In this document: positions 18,672 through 27,023 of the stretch, one piece after another | Layout: every line of letters begins with the position of its first letter | Position numbering within the stretch: the stretch's first letter is position 1 | Virus record (IMG/VR): IMGVR_UViG_2872728642_000001 | Location: 16,810 to 80,809 of that record | DNA: 64,000 nucleotides | Reading direction: 5' to 3' (one strand) | Source: a virus | Lineage: Duplodnaviria > Caudoviricetes | Notes under the pieces: generated by a model | The model's database searches: none | The model's input: only the letters and a program-made list of their open reading frames with translations | What the model was told of the DNA's origin: nothing | Position numbers and translations under genes: made by a program

Positions 18672-19364
18672 CTACGCGTTCGCCTTCACGTGATCGCGCA
18701 GCTTGCGAGCGCGGTCTGTGTCGTGCTCAATCTCGTGCCACGCCTTGCGCTGCACGTGAGACCGGATCGTCTGCAAGAGCCAGAGCGCCGCGCCAATGTA
18801 CTGGCCGGATGCGTCGCCGCCCTGGTTAACCGCTCGACGCTCGGCACGGGCGTAGTCCGATGAGGTCCACGACAAGTAGATCTTCCCGGCGTCGCTCATG
18901 CTCACGGTTGGGTCAAGGTGCACGACGTAGTGCGCGAGCACTTCGGCGCACGGCTCAACGGCACGCTTCACGGCTCGCATGTGCTCGCGTCGCTGCGCTT
19001 CGACGCTGCTTAGTGCGATGCTGGGGAGACTGGCCGTGATCCGGGCAAGGCCGTTCGTGGCGAGCGTGTATCCCGACCAGGGGGCGCGTGAGGCGAGCCC
19101 GGCGACCAGCCACACGCGGTCCCGGTAGCGGGCGACATGCCCGGTGTAGATCACGGTGCTGCCGACCGGGAGGTAAGCGGCCAGGGCATCCGCAGCTTCC
19201 TTGCCGATCTTGACTGCGCCGCTCTGCAACATGCCGCCAAGCTCGCACGGAACGCCTTCCGTCTGGCACTTCCGGCATGTGGCCTGGTGATCGGTCGCGC
19301 TACGGTGCGCGTTCATGGCGTGGTCGCGGGCGTTCTCGGCCTGGTCTCGGGTGACGGTGAACAT
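18672..19364 (-). CDS. Hypothetical protein (230 aa, N-terminal H/C Zn motif)
   Basis: ORF with RBS GGGAG; 'HQATCRKC...C'. Confidence 0.7.
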   Translation of the reverse strand: MFTVTRDQAENARDHAMNAHRSATDHQATCRKCQTEGVPCELGGMLQSGAVKIGKEAADALAAYLPVGSTVIYTGHVARYRDRVWLVAGLASRAPWSGYTLATNGLARITASLPSIALSSVEAQRREHMRAVKRAVEPCAEVLAHYVVHLDPTVSMSDAGKIYLSWTSSDYARAERRAVNQGGDASGQYIGAALWLLQTIRSHVQRKAWHEIEHDTDRARKLRDHVKANA

Positions 19365-19410
19365 GGGGGCTCCCTGCGGCGCTGCGGTGTTGGTTGGTGA
19401 GGGGTGGGGA

Positions 19411-19439
19411 GCGCGCCCGTGGTGGCGACACGGGCGCGC
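19411..19439 (-). terminator. Stem-loop after the 19449-20087 gene
   Basis: 11-bp inverted repeat GCGCGCCCGTG/CACGGGCGCGC. Confidence 0.5.
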
Positions 19440-19448
19440 CCGGTGCTG

Positions 19449-20087
19449 CTAGGCGTCGGCGCTCTCGGCGGCCTTGACCTCGGAGTCAGCCTTCAGAAGC
19501 GCAATGGTCGCCTTGACCTGGTCGAACGACAGGCCACGATCTTCCATGACCTCCGCGTACGTCTCTTCGTTGTGCGGGGCCTTGAACTTCTCGGCGAACT
19601 TCCACACGAGGCGGACGGCGGCCGTGTCGGCGGCGGTCTTCGCGGCGGCCTTCTTCCGGGCCTCGATTTCCTTGCGGTACTCGGCCATCTCGGGAAGCTC
19701 AGACAGGAAGTTCTGGACCTTGGTGGCGCTGGTACCGGGGACCTTGCCTAGCTCGGTGAGAGTCGCCTGACCGAACCCAACCTGAGCGGCTGCGTGCATG
19801 CCGATCAGGGCATAGGTGGTGAACTTGACCGCGCTCTTGCCGGTGCCGCGCGTGGCGATGCACTCGGCGGGAAGGTCCTTCAGCTCATCCCCGGTCATGA
19901 TCCGGTCGGCCACGCTGCCCTCAGCGCTGGCGGCGGCCAGTTCGTCAAGGCGGCCGGTTGCGGCGAGACCGATCACGGCGAAGCCGGTCGGGCGGGAGAT
20001 GCCCTGCCGGGAGAACGTGGCCTTGTGGGCGATGGTCACGCGCTCGATGGCGTCGTAGATCTCGGCGGGGTTGGTGCTGATCTTCAT
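19449..20087 (-). CDS. Hypothetical protein (212 aa)
   Basis: ORF with RBS GAAAGG and good codon bias. Confidence 0.75.
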   Translation of the reverse strand: MKISTNPAEIYDAIERVTIAHKATFSRQGISRPTGFAVIGLAATGRLDELAAASAEGSVADRIMTGDELKDLPAECIATRGTGKSAVKFTTYALIGMHAAAQVGFGQATLTELGKVPGTSATKVQNFLSELPEMAEYRKEIEARKKAAAKTAADTAAVRLVWKFAEKFKAPHNEETYAEVMEDRGLSFDQVKATIALLKADSEVKAAESADA

Positions 20088-20113
20088 TGGTGGTGCCTTT
20101 CGTGGTGTTGGGT

Positions 20114-20138
20114 GCCCGCCCGGACAGTCCGGGCGGGC
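20114..20138 (-). terminator. Stem-loop after the collagen-like gene
   Basis: 12-bp inverted repeat GCCCGCCCGGAC/GTCCGGGCGGGC. Confidence 0.55.
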
Positions 20139-20144
20139 GGTTCG

Positions 20145-20978
20145 TTAGAGCTGCTGCGTGCCGTCGATAGCGGTACCGCTTTCAGCAGGCTGAGCAGCGG
20201 TTTCGCTGGTATGCCTGCGCTTGCGGCGTCGCCATCTGATCAGCAGTCCGAGCGTTGCGGCTCCGACTGCCAGTAGGGCGGCGGCCCATGCGGACCACAC
20301 AGTTACGGGGTCGCCGGTGGCGGTGTTCGCCGCGTTGAGCTTGCCGGGATCGCCTGTGTCGGCCGTGCTGGGGTCGCCCTGGTCGCCCTTGGGTCCGGGC
20401 GATCCTGGCTTGCCGGACGGTCCGGCGGTTCCGTCGCGCCCGGCGGGCCCTGCGGCTCCGGTCGGTCCGGGCTCACCGGTACCAGCGGGGCCGGTCGGTC
20501 CGGTGGGTCCGGCGCTCCCGGTGGGGCCGGGGTCGCCCTGCGGTCCGGTCGGTCCGGGGTCGCCCTTGGGGCCGGTGCCGCCCTGCTCGCCCTGGGGTCC
20601 GGTGTCGCCCTTGTCACCCTTGGGTCCGGGGACCGGTACGGCGGTGACGGTCGCCGTTGGGCCGGGGTTGCCCTGGGGTCCGGGCGGGCCGGAAGGTCCG
20701 GGGGTTCCCATCGGCCCGGGGTCGCCCTGCGGTCCGGGAGGTCCGGTGACTCCGGGGTCGCCCTGGTCTCCCTTTGGTCCGACCGGTCCGGGGTCGCCTT
20801 GCGGGCCCTGCGGTCCGGGCGGTCCGGGCGGACCGCTGACGGTGACGGTTGCGGTTGGTTCGTCCGCTACCAGCGTTGCCGTGGCCACATCCCCTCCTGC
20901 CTGCGTGTTCGCTACCAGGAACGCGAGCGCCGCTACTGCGGTGAGCCACGCGAGCCGTTCGCTTGTTCGTATCTGCAC
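20145..20978 (-). CDS. Collagen-like (Gly-X-Y) exported protein with C-terminal membrane anchor
   Basis: N-terminal hydrophobic signal, two Gly-X-Y blocks, C-terminal TM then RWRRRKRR. Confidence 0.85.
   Translation of the reverse strand: MQIRTSERLAWLTAVAALAFLVANTQAGGDVATATLVADEPTATVTVSGPPGPPGPQGPQGDPGPVGPKGDQGDPGVTGPPGPQGDPGPMGTPGPSGPPGPQGNPGPTATVTAVPVPGPKGDKGDTGPQGEQGGTGPKGDPGPTGPQGDPGPTGSAGPTGPTGPAGTGEPGPTGAAGPAGRDGTAGPSGKPGSPGPKGDQGDPSTADTGDPGKLNAANTATGDPVTVWSAWAAALLAVGAATLGLLIRWRRRKRRHTSETAAQPAESGTAIDGTQQL
20166..20186 (-). promoter_or_regulatory. 21-bp operator-like motif copy (inside the collagen gene 3' end)
   Basis: GATAGCGGTACCGCTTTCAGC on +. Confidence 0.65.
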
Positions 20979-21463
20979 ATGACAAAGAGTAGGGCGATAA
21001 TGACCTTTAAGGGGGTGGATTTTGGTAACAGTTTTCCGGCGGATTTATAACGATTATGTCACAAAACGGGGCGGCCTGGAGGCAAATCGAATACACGTTC
21101 GACTGATCGTCAGCGAGGCTGATCGTCTGCATTGGCACCTATTCGCCAGGTTCGCCGACTAGCGACGCATAGCCCACCCCCGGCTCGCATTTCGCGATCT
21201 TGATATCGCTAGAACGCTCTCAGATCTACGCAGAGCGCTTCACTTCCAAGGGGGCACTCCATGTACCGGACACGCGGTGATCGTCGCTCAGCGTCGCTCT
21301 CAGAGACGCACAGGATGCGTCTCATCTTCTGCGGTGCGTCAGATGCGTCAAAGGCGTCTCCAGGGACATGCGAAAACCCATCAGCGACGAGGAGGTGTGC
21401 TCGGCTCGTGCTGATGGGTTTCCGGCTCGTTTTGGCTGCTCTGGGGGTTGTTTTCGCGTGGTT

Positions 21464-21634
21464 TCAGGCCTGCGGCTCGTGGTTGTTTTCGGCATTTGCG
21501 CTGGTCACAGGGTTGTGTGGTGTGCCAACGCGGGTGAGGGCTTCGAGTGTGGCCATGTGCGCGGCGAGTTGTTCACCGGTCCAGTGGTGGATCTCGTCCC
21601 AGCATTGGGTGTGCTGGTCCAGGTGGTGGATCAC
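21464..21634 (-). CDS. Small hypothetical protein (56 aa)
   Basis: GTG overlaps the rep stop (GTGA). Confidence 0.45.
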   Translation of the reverse strand: MIHHLDQHTQCWDEIHHWTGEQLAAHMATLEALTRVGTPHNPVTSANAENNHEPQA

Positions 21635-22602
21635 GTGTGGTCCTTCCTGGCCTTGGCGTCGGCTGCGCACCCGATGCAGGGCAGCGTCTGGAAGTGGATG
21701 TGGCATCGGCCGGCCGGGCGGGTGGTCCGCGCGGCCTTGGTCTGCTCCTGCGCTTCCTGGTTTCGCGTGGTCTCGCGCCAGCCTCGGAGGTCTGCTGCGG
21801 GGATGCCTGCGACGTACAGGTGCAGGGCTTTGCGGACGTGGTTGTCGCGGGCGATCGTCTGGGCGATCCGCTCGGCTTCGTCCAGGGGGCATCCGATGCG
21901 TTTGGTGATCACTCTGGCGGCGCGGCTGGGGGTGTTGGGGTTGTCGTCCTCCTTGTTGATCTTTTCGTCGTCTTCTGGGTGGTGGTCGGCGGCCGGTCGG
22001 GTCGGTTCCTCCTCGACCCCGTACGGAGATGAAGAGGATTGAAGTTGAGGAGTGGAGAGAGGATTGGGGGGAAGTCCAGACTTCCCCCTTTTGCCTCCAA
22101 ACTTCCCCTTTTGCGGTCCAGACTTCCCCCTTTCAGTCCCGGAAACGGGGAAGCCTGGACTTCCCCCTTTTCCACCGGCCTCCCGGTCGTCCACAGCGTC
22201 ATCCACAGGAGAAACGGGGAAGTCTGGACTTCCCCGTTTCGGGTCGCGCGGCACCGATACGGGGAAGTCCGAAGGTCCCGCTTCGAGCTCCAGATCGAGG
22301 GGACGCGGCGGCTGCCCCGGCAAGTACCCGGGCATCGGAGGGATGTAGAACACGGTCGCCTTCCGGCGGCCGCCCCCGGTTTCGAGCACGACGAGCAGCC
22401 CAGCCTCGACCAGCCGCTCCCGCATCGCCTTGACCGACCGCACGTCGATCCTCGCCCAGTGGGCGATCTCCTCACGGGTCAGCCAGCCGGTACGAGTCGC
22501 GTCGTTGATCCGCCGGGCGATGGCGATCAGCGCGAGCAGATCCCTCGGCGGGGTCGCTTTCGGCGCGTTGATCGCCACCTCGTCGGCCAACTTGTAACCC
22601 AT
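21631..22602 (-). CDS. Phage replication initiator (N-terminal wHTH, lambda-O-like layout)
   Basis: 'LLALIAIARRIND..RTGWLTREEIAHWARIDVRSVKAMRERLVEAGLL' wHTH; internal repeat cluster; alternative start 22638. Confidence 0.75.
   Translation of the reverse strand: MGYKLADEVAINAPKATPPRDLLALIAIARRINDATRTGWLTREEIAHWARIDVRSVKAMRERLVEAGLLVVLETGGGRRKATVFYIPPMPGYLPGQPPRPLDLELEAGPSDFPVSVPRDPKRGSPDFPVSPVDDAVDDREAGGKGGSPGFPVSGTERGKSGPQKGKFGGKRGKSGLPPNPLSTPQLQSSSSPYGVEEEPTRPAADHHPEDDEKINKEDDNPNTPSRAARVITKRIGCPLDEAERIAQTIARDNHVRKALHLYVAGIPAADLRGWRETTRNQEAQEQTKAARTTRPAGRCHIHFQTLPCIGCAADAKARKDHT
22066..22270. repeat. Iteron/palindrome cluster (putative origin) inside the rep gene
   Basis: GGGGAAGTC-NN-GACTTCCCC units at ~22067, 22147 and 22211 (perfect 14-bp IR GAAACGGGGAAGTC/GACTTCCCCGTTTC, 22211-22240) plus half-sites at ~22101, 22116, 22261. 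Confidence 0.8.
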
Positions 22603-22661
22603 CAGGCCCCTTACGTGCTGGTTTTCCAAGGGAGCCACCGAGGGAAGAGGCGTCCCGCAAC

Positions 22662-22682
22662 GATAGCGGTACCGCTTTTAGC
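22662..22682 (-). promoter_or_regulatory. 21-bp operator-like motif copy upstream of rep
   Basis: GATAGCGGTACCGCTTTTAGC on +. Confidence 0.7.
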
Positions 22683-22684
22683 TG

Positions 22685-23209
22685 TCATCCGGCTCGTGGT
22701 GGCCGCCCCGTCAGGTCGTACGTCTGCCGCAGGCGTGGGTCGGACAGGACGTGATACGCGTCCCCGATTTCCTGGAACCGCCCGGCCACCTCCGGGTCGG
22801 GGTTGACGTCGGGGTGGAGTTGGCGGGCCAGCCTGCGGTACGCCTTCTTGATGTCGTCCGGGGTCGCCGTGCTGGCGACGCCGAGCAGGTCATACAGCCG
22901 CCCGGCCGGGGCGTGTCTGCGCGGGGGCCGCGGTGGCGGCGGGGTCTGGGCGCGCGGTCGTCCGGCGCAGGTGGCGGCGTGTGGCATCATCCGCTTCTCC
23001 CACGGGGCGATCGGCTCGTCCTCGGTGATGCGCCGTGACCGGAGCACCCTGTGGACGTCCCTCCACACGGCGGTGTTGCCGTCCGGGTGCGGGGCGGGGT
23101 CCACAGCGAGCTGGGCACCGCTCGCTGCGCGAGTCCACCGAACCTTCTTGCCGCAGGGCATCGTGGTCTTGCTGCCCTGGCACGGCTTGAGGTCAGAAGG
23201 AGACAGCAT
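22685..23209 (-). CDS. J-domain (DnaJ-like) protein with N-terminal Cys/His phage domain
   Basis: 'LYDLLGVASTATPDDIKKAYRRLARQLHPDVN...FQEIGDAYHVLSDP..RQTYD', HPD intact. Confidence 0.9.
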   Translation of the reverse strand: MLSPSDLKPCQGSKTTMPCGKKVRWTRAASGAQLAVDPAPHPDGNTAVWRDVHRVLRSRRITEDEPIAPWEKRMMPHAATCAGRPRAQTPPPPRPPRRHAPAGRLYDLLGVASTATPDDIKKAYRRLARQLHPDVNPDPEVAGRFQEIGDAYHVLSDPRLRQTYDLTGRPPRAG

Positions 23210-23242
23210 CCTGCCCCTCCGTGTCCCGATCGGACAGTTCGA

Positions 23243-24403
23243 TCACGCGGTACCTCCGTTGTACCGGGCGAACACGGCGTTGATGGCGTCGAGCTCCGTC
23301 TTCACCTGGTCGCGGTCGGCCTTCATCTCGTCCAGCTCGACGAGGAGGTCGGCGTGGGCGGCGCGGGCCTCGTCGCGCTGGGTGCGGGCCTCGTCGCGTT
23401 CGCGGATGGCCTGGTCCCGCTCGGCCTCGGTCCGCTGGATGGCCTGCTCGAATCCGAGGAGTGCCCGCAGCGCGGGGCCTGCGGTGGCCGGCGGCGTGAT
23501 CCCAACGGCCGGGGCGAGCGCGGCAGTCTTTCCGCTGGTCTTCCGCTCGGGTGTCTTCACTCCGGCCGCAGCCGCGACGGTGCGGGGATCGGGCTTCGGC
23601 GTGGTCTTGGTGATGGTGAGTCCGCCGTCGTTCCAATCCAGCGCGATCCACCAGACGGGCGGGTTGGCGCGGGGCCGGTGGCAGCGGGTGTGCTCGGTCC
23701 GGTTGAGGTACTGCCGGACTTCCTGCTCGTGCATGGTGTCCCAGTCGGGGCAGGCGGTCTTGATGATCTGGGAGAGGGCTCCCTGCCATTGCACGCCGAC
23801 GACACCGCCGTTGGTCAGCCGCTCGTCTCCCTGCTCGCGGGCCGCGTCGCGGAGGAGTCCCCAGAGGGCTTCGGCGTCGGCGAAGATGTCGCGGGGCTTG
23901 GTCCTGACGACGGTGGCGGTGTCGCCGATCTTCGGCACGGTGGTGTCTCCTTCGGTGGTGGCGGTGGTGGTGTTCTTGGTGAGGTAGGCGATTACCTCGG
24001 CCTCGCGGGCGTGCAGCATGTCCGCGTACGACTTGGACTCGACGGGGCCGGGGGTGTGGAGGAGTCCTCCTGACACGTACGGCTTGATGCCGTTCGCGAG
24101 GGCTGCGCCGACGAGTTCGTCAACGCTCCACCAGGTGTCACGGGGCATGGTGTCGGCTTTCTGAGTGGCGGGGTCGGTGGCGGCGACCATGGGTGAGGGT
24201 TTCGTGGGGTGGTCGTTCAGCAGGGATCGGATCTTGGTTTTGTAGTTGTCGAGGCCGCGGCCCATGGCCTGCAGCGGGATCTCGCCGGTGCGGCCGTTCT
24301 CCGGGTTGGTGATCAGGAACTTGCCGTTGGCGAGCTGCATCGTGAAGCCGAGGCGTTCCGTCTCGGCCTCGACGAGCTTCTTGACGTCGGACTTGTTGGT
24401 CAT
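23243..24403 (-). CDS. Hypothetical protein (386 aa) with C-terminal coiled coil
   Basis: ATG overlaps the upstream stop; heptad repeats ERDQAIRERDEARTQRDEAR. Confidence 0.7.
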   Translation of the reverse strand: MTNKSDVKKLVEAETERLGFTMQLANGKFLITNPENGRTGEIPLQAMGRGLDNYKTKIRSLLNDHPTKPSPMVAATDPATQKADTMPRDTWWSVDELVGAALANGIKPYVSGGLLHTPGPVESKSYADMLHAREAEVIAYLTKNTTTATTEGDTTVPKIGDTATVVRTKPRDIFADAEALWGLLRDAAREQGDERLTNGGVVGVQWQGALSQIIKTACPDWDTMHEQEVRQYLNRTEHTRCHRPRANPPVWWIALDWNDGGLTITKTTPKPDPRTVAAAAGVKTPERKTSGKTAALAPAVGITPPATAGPALRALLGFEQAIQRTEAERDQAIRERDEARTQRDEARAAHADLLVELDEMKADRDQVKTELDAINAVFARYNGGTA

Positions 24404-24945
24404 CTGGCGGGCTCCTTCCGGATGCGCAGCCCGAGGTGGTCGGCGTACGCGGCGGTCCCCGCTGCCCCCTTGCTGGCGGGGTGCAGGTGGGCCAGGACCT
24501 CGAAGGCGCCCCCGCGGCCGGCGGCGAGCCCGAGCATGAACCCGTTGCGGTACGGTCCGGCGGATTTGGCCAGCTCGGGGATGTGCCAGGGCGCGGGGTG
24601 CGTCTCGACGGTGACGCCGGGCGTGTAGTTGGCCCATTCGTACGTCCACCGGTCGCCGCCGGGTGGGTCGTCGGTGTCGGGGTTGTAGCCGACGATCACG
24701 TGGAGGCGTCCGCCGGCTCGCGCCAGCGTGGACTCGAGGTCGGCTCGGACTCTGTGACGGGCGGCGCCCCGCCACCCGGTGTAGACCAGGGTGGCGGGGC
24801 GCAGGCTGACGAGGGTTTCGAGCTGGGTCCGGAAGTGCTGCCGGACGTGGTCGGCGGCTTCGGGCGGGACGAGCTGGTCGTCGAGGCTGCGTTTGAGCAT
24901 GACGAGCAGGACGGCGCGCTCGCTCGGCGTCAAGTGGTCGAGCAT
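24400..24945 (-). CDS. SLOG-family (DUF2493/YspA-like) protein
   Basis: 'YTGWR', 'GGDRWTYEWA', 'VETHPAPW', 'SAGPYRN', 'SKGA' match the family pattern. Confidence 0.7.
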   Translation of the reverse strand: MLDHLTPSERAVLLVMLKRSLDDQLVPPEAADHVRQHFRTQLETLVSLRPATLVYTGWRGAARHRVRADLESTLARAGGRLHVIVGYNPDTDDPPGGDRWTYEWANYTPGVTVETHPAPWHIPELAKSAGPYRNGFMLGLAAGRGGAFEVLAHLHPASKGAAGTAAYADHLGLRIRKEPAR

Positions 24946-25382
24946 CAGCCGTCCCTGTGGGTGCAGGTGGCGACGGTGATGTTCTGGATGATCTCGATGA
25001 CCGCAGGCTTGAGCTCGCCGACCTCGTAGACCGGCCTGCCCAGCTCGTCGTGAACGAGGCGGCCCTGCTCGTCCTGGACGAGAGTGCTGTCGGCTCGGCC
25101 GAAGTTGCGGGAGCCCAGCCCGGTCGGCTGGACCTTGACCTTGGTGACAATGCGGCCGTCCGGCTTGGCGGCTTCGGCCTGGTGCTTGGGGTTGGCCGGG
25201 TCGAACCGGACCCATCGCCACTTGCCGTACTCGTATACGGCGTCCCAGATGTCGATGACGACGCCCTCTTGGATCTCGCACGACCGGTCGGACATGCGCG
25301 GGTAGAAGACGGTGGTGCCGACCGTGTACGGGTTGCCCCGCCAGTCGGTCAGGGTGCGCGCTTCGGCCTGCTCGCTGGTCAT
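24945..25382 (-). CDS. Hypothetical protein (145 aa)
   Basis: Coupled ORF, RBS AAGGC/GGAG. Confidence 0.65.
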   Translation of the reverse strand: MTSEQAEARTLTDWRGNPYTVGTTVFYPRMSDRSCEIQEGVVIDIWDAVYEYGKWRWVRFDPANPKHQAEAAKPDGRIVTKVKVQPTGLGSRNFGRADSTLVQDEQGRLVHDELGRPVYEVGELKPAVIEIIQNITVATCTHRDG

Positions 25383-25843
25383 GACGCCTTTCTCCTTCGG
25401 GTCTCCCAACCGCGCCGTGTCGCCTCGGAGCGGCACTCGCGGCATCGCGCACGGTCGTCCCCGTGCTGGCAGGGCACTGCCTCTGGCACGTACGAGAGCC
25501 ACGAGGTCAGTGCGCGATCGAACTGCTGGCGCTTCGCCGGCCCGAGCCACGTCCACATGACGACGCCCGTGTGCTGCACGTACTCGAAGGTGTTCACGGC
25601 CCACTGGTGGAACGGCTTGGCTCGCTCGTTCCGGCTGTTGTAGGGGCCGTTCACCTTGCCGACGCCAATCACGGCAGCGAACCTGTCGAGACGTTCGCGG
25701 TCGGACTGAGCGATGGAAATTCCGATCCGCCGGTACGGCGTGCCGCCCTCGGTTCGGCGGGTCACTCCGTAGTGGACATGGCCCTCACCGTCGAAGAAGC
25801 CCGCTGCCCAGGCCAGGGATTCGCGATCCACTCCGATGGCCAT
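25379..25843 (-). CDS. Free-standing single-motif LAGLIDADG endonuclease
   Basis: 'LAWAAGFFDGEG', 'ISIAQSDRERLDRF', 'FHQW'; C-terminal Cys motif. Confidence 0.85.
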   Translation of the reverse strand: MAIGVDRESLAWAAGFFDGEGHVHYGVTRRTEGGTPYRRIGISIAQSDRERLDRFAAVIGVGKVNGPYNSRNERAKPFHQWAVNTFEYVQHTGVVMWTWLGPAKRQQFDRALTSWLSYVPEAVPCQHGDDRARCRECRSEATRRGWETRRRKAS

Positions 25844-26415
25844 CAGACCTGCACCTCCCGTCCGGTGGTCGGCGCCTGATCGTCGTCGGCCGGCCCGAGG
25901 TAGCTCAGCCCGTAGTTCTCGCCTCGCTTCACCACGTGCCAGCGGCCGGTAACCGTGCCCCGGCTGACGGTGGTGGCGTTGAGCATCGTGCAGAGGTCCT
26001 TGAGGAACATGGGGAACTCGTGGTCGTCCTGGTCGGCTAGGAAGAACCGTGCTGCCGACCGGCCGCGCTCCCACCCGGTGATGCGCAGCGTGGCGGTGAA
26101 CGGCTCATTGGGTCGCCACTCGGCGTTGCGCTTCGGGTAGTGCATGAGGTTGCCCCGCTCGTCGTAGGGGGCTTCAGTGACGGGCATGTCGGTCCTTTCG
26201 GGGGCGGGCCACTTCGTGGCCTCGTCGATGATCACGTGAGAGGCGCGCTGGCCCTGCATGGTCCGGCGCGCCTTCATGCGCTGCTTGATCTGGTCTTGCG
26301 TCGGCGGGGCGTAGCGATGGAAGCCGACTTCTCGGGACCACCGCTGGAAGTGGTCGTATTGCGCCAGCCCGCACCAGCGGCATCCGGACGGCTGCGCCAG
26401 CACCCGCTCAGTCAT
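25843..26415 (-). CDS. Hypothetical protein; C-terminal domain paralogous to 26408-26773
   Basis: N-terminal CRWC-H Zn motif; 'PYDERGNLM...EPFTATL...RGRSA...FPM...GRW...RGENYG'. Confidence 0.7.
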   Translation of the reverse strand: MTERVLAQPSGCRWCGLAQYDHFQRWSREVGFHRYAPPTQDQIKQRMKARRTMQGQRASHVIIDEATKWPAPERTDMPVTEAPYDERGNLMHYPKRNAEWRPNEPFTATLRITGWERGRSAARFFLADQDDHEFPMFLKDLCTMLNATTVSRGTVTGRWHVVKRGENYGLSYLGPADDDQAPTTGREVQV

Positions 26416-26773
26416 GGCCGCGCCGCACCTGACGTCGTTCCCGCCGCGACATGTACAGCTGAATGCCGTACGCGCCGCCGCGGCGGTGGGCGATCCACTC
26501 GGCTTCGACGTGGCCGCCGGGTTCGACGCCGACCGTGCGGACGGTCTCGACGAATTCCGTCATGGACATGGGGAACATGCGGCTCTCGTCGTCGAGCCAC
26601 ACGACGTAGCCGGCGGCGCGGCCGCGCGCGAACTGGCCGAGCTGGAGTCGTGCGGTGAACGGCTCCGGAGCGCGCCACACGATCTCGCCTTCCGGGGTCC
26701 ATGCGGCGCGCAGGAGGTTGCCGAACTCGTCGAACGGCACCAACGCCTTGTCGTCGTCGAGGTCATCGGCCAT
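26408..26773 (-). CDS. Hypothetical protein, paralog of the adjacent gene's C-domain
   Basis: 'PFDEFGNLL...EPFTARL...RGRAA...FPM...AEW...RGGAYG'. Confidence 0.7.
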   Translation of the reverse strand: MADDLDDDKALVPFDEFGNLLRAAWTPEGEIVWRAPEPFTARLQLGQFARGRAAGYVVWLDDESRMFPMSMTEFVETVRTVGVEPGGHVEAEWIAHRRGGAYGIQLYMSRRERRQVRRGHD

Positions 26774-27023
26774 CGCCGTCTCCCCTGCCGATCTGGGCCA
26801 GGGCTTGGCGGGCGATGGCTGGACCGTGGAGCCCGCTCGGAGGTGCGGGGGGCGCGGGCTTGACGGCTGGAGGGATGTGGTCCCATCCGTTGGCGCGGAG
26901 CCAGACGATGAACTCGAACGCGAAATCCGTAGTGCTGTCCCGTTCCTCGGGATCGGTGCGGTCACGGTCGTAGATGCGCTGTGTGAGCGCTTCCATCGCC
27001 CTCTCGGCTGCCTTGGTCAGCAT
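26763..27023 (-). CDS. Hypothetical protein (86 aa)
   Basis: RBS AAAGGAG before ATG. Confidence 0.6.
   Translation of the reverse strand: MLTKAAERAMEALTQRIYDRDRTDPEERDSTTDFAFEFIVWLRANGWDHIPPAVKPAPPAPPSGLHGPAIARQALAQIGRGDGDGR

Noticed and set aside
20300-20840. GGxCC-rich tandem DNA repeats as a regulatory or VNTR element
   Set aside because: Fully explained by Gly-Pro-X collagen codons
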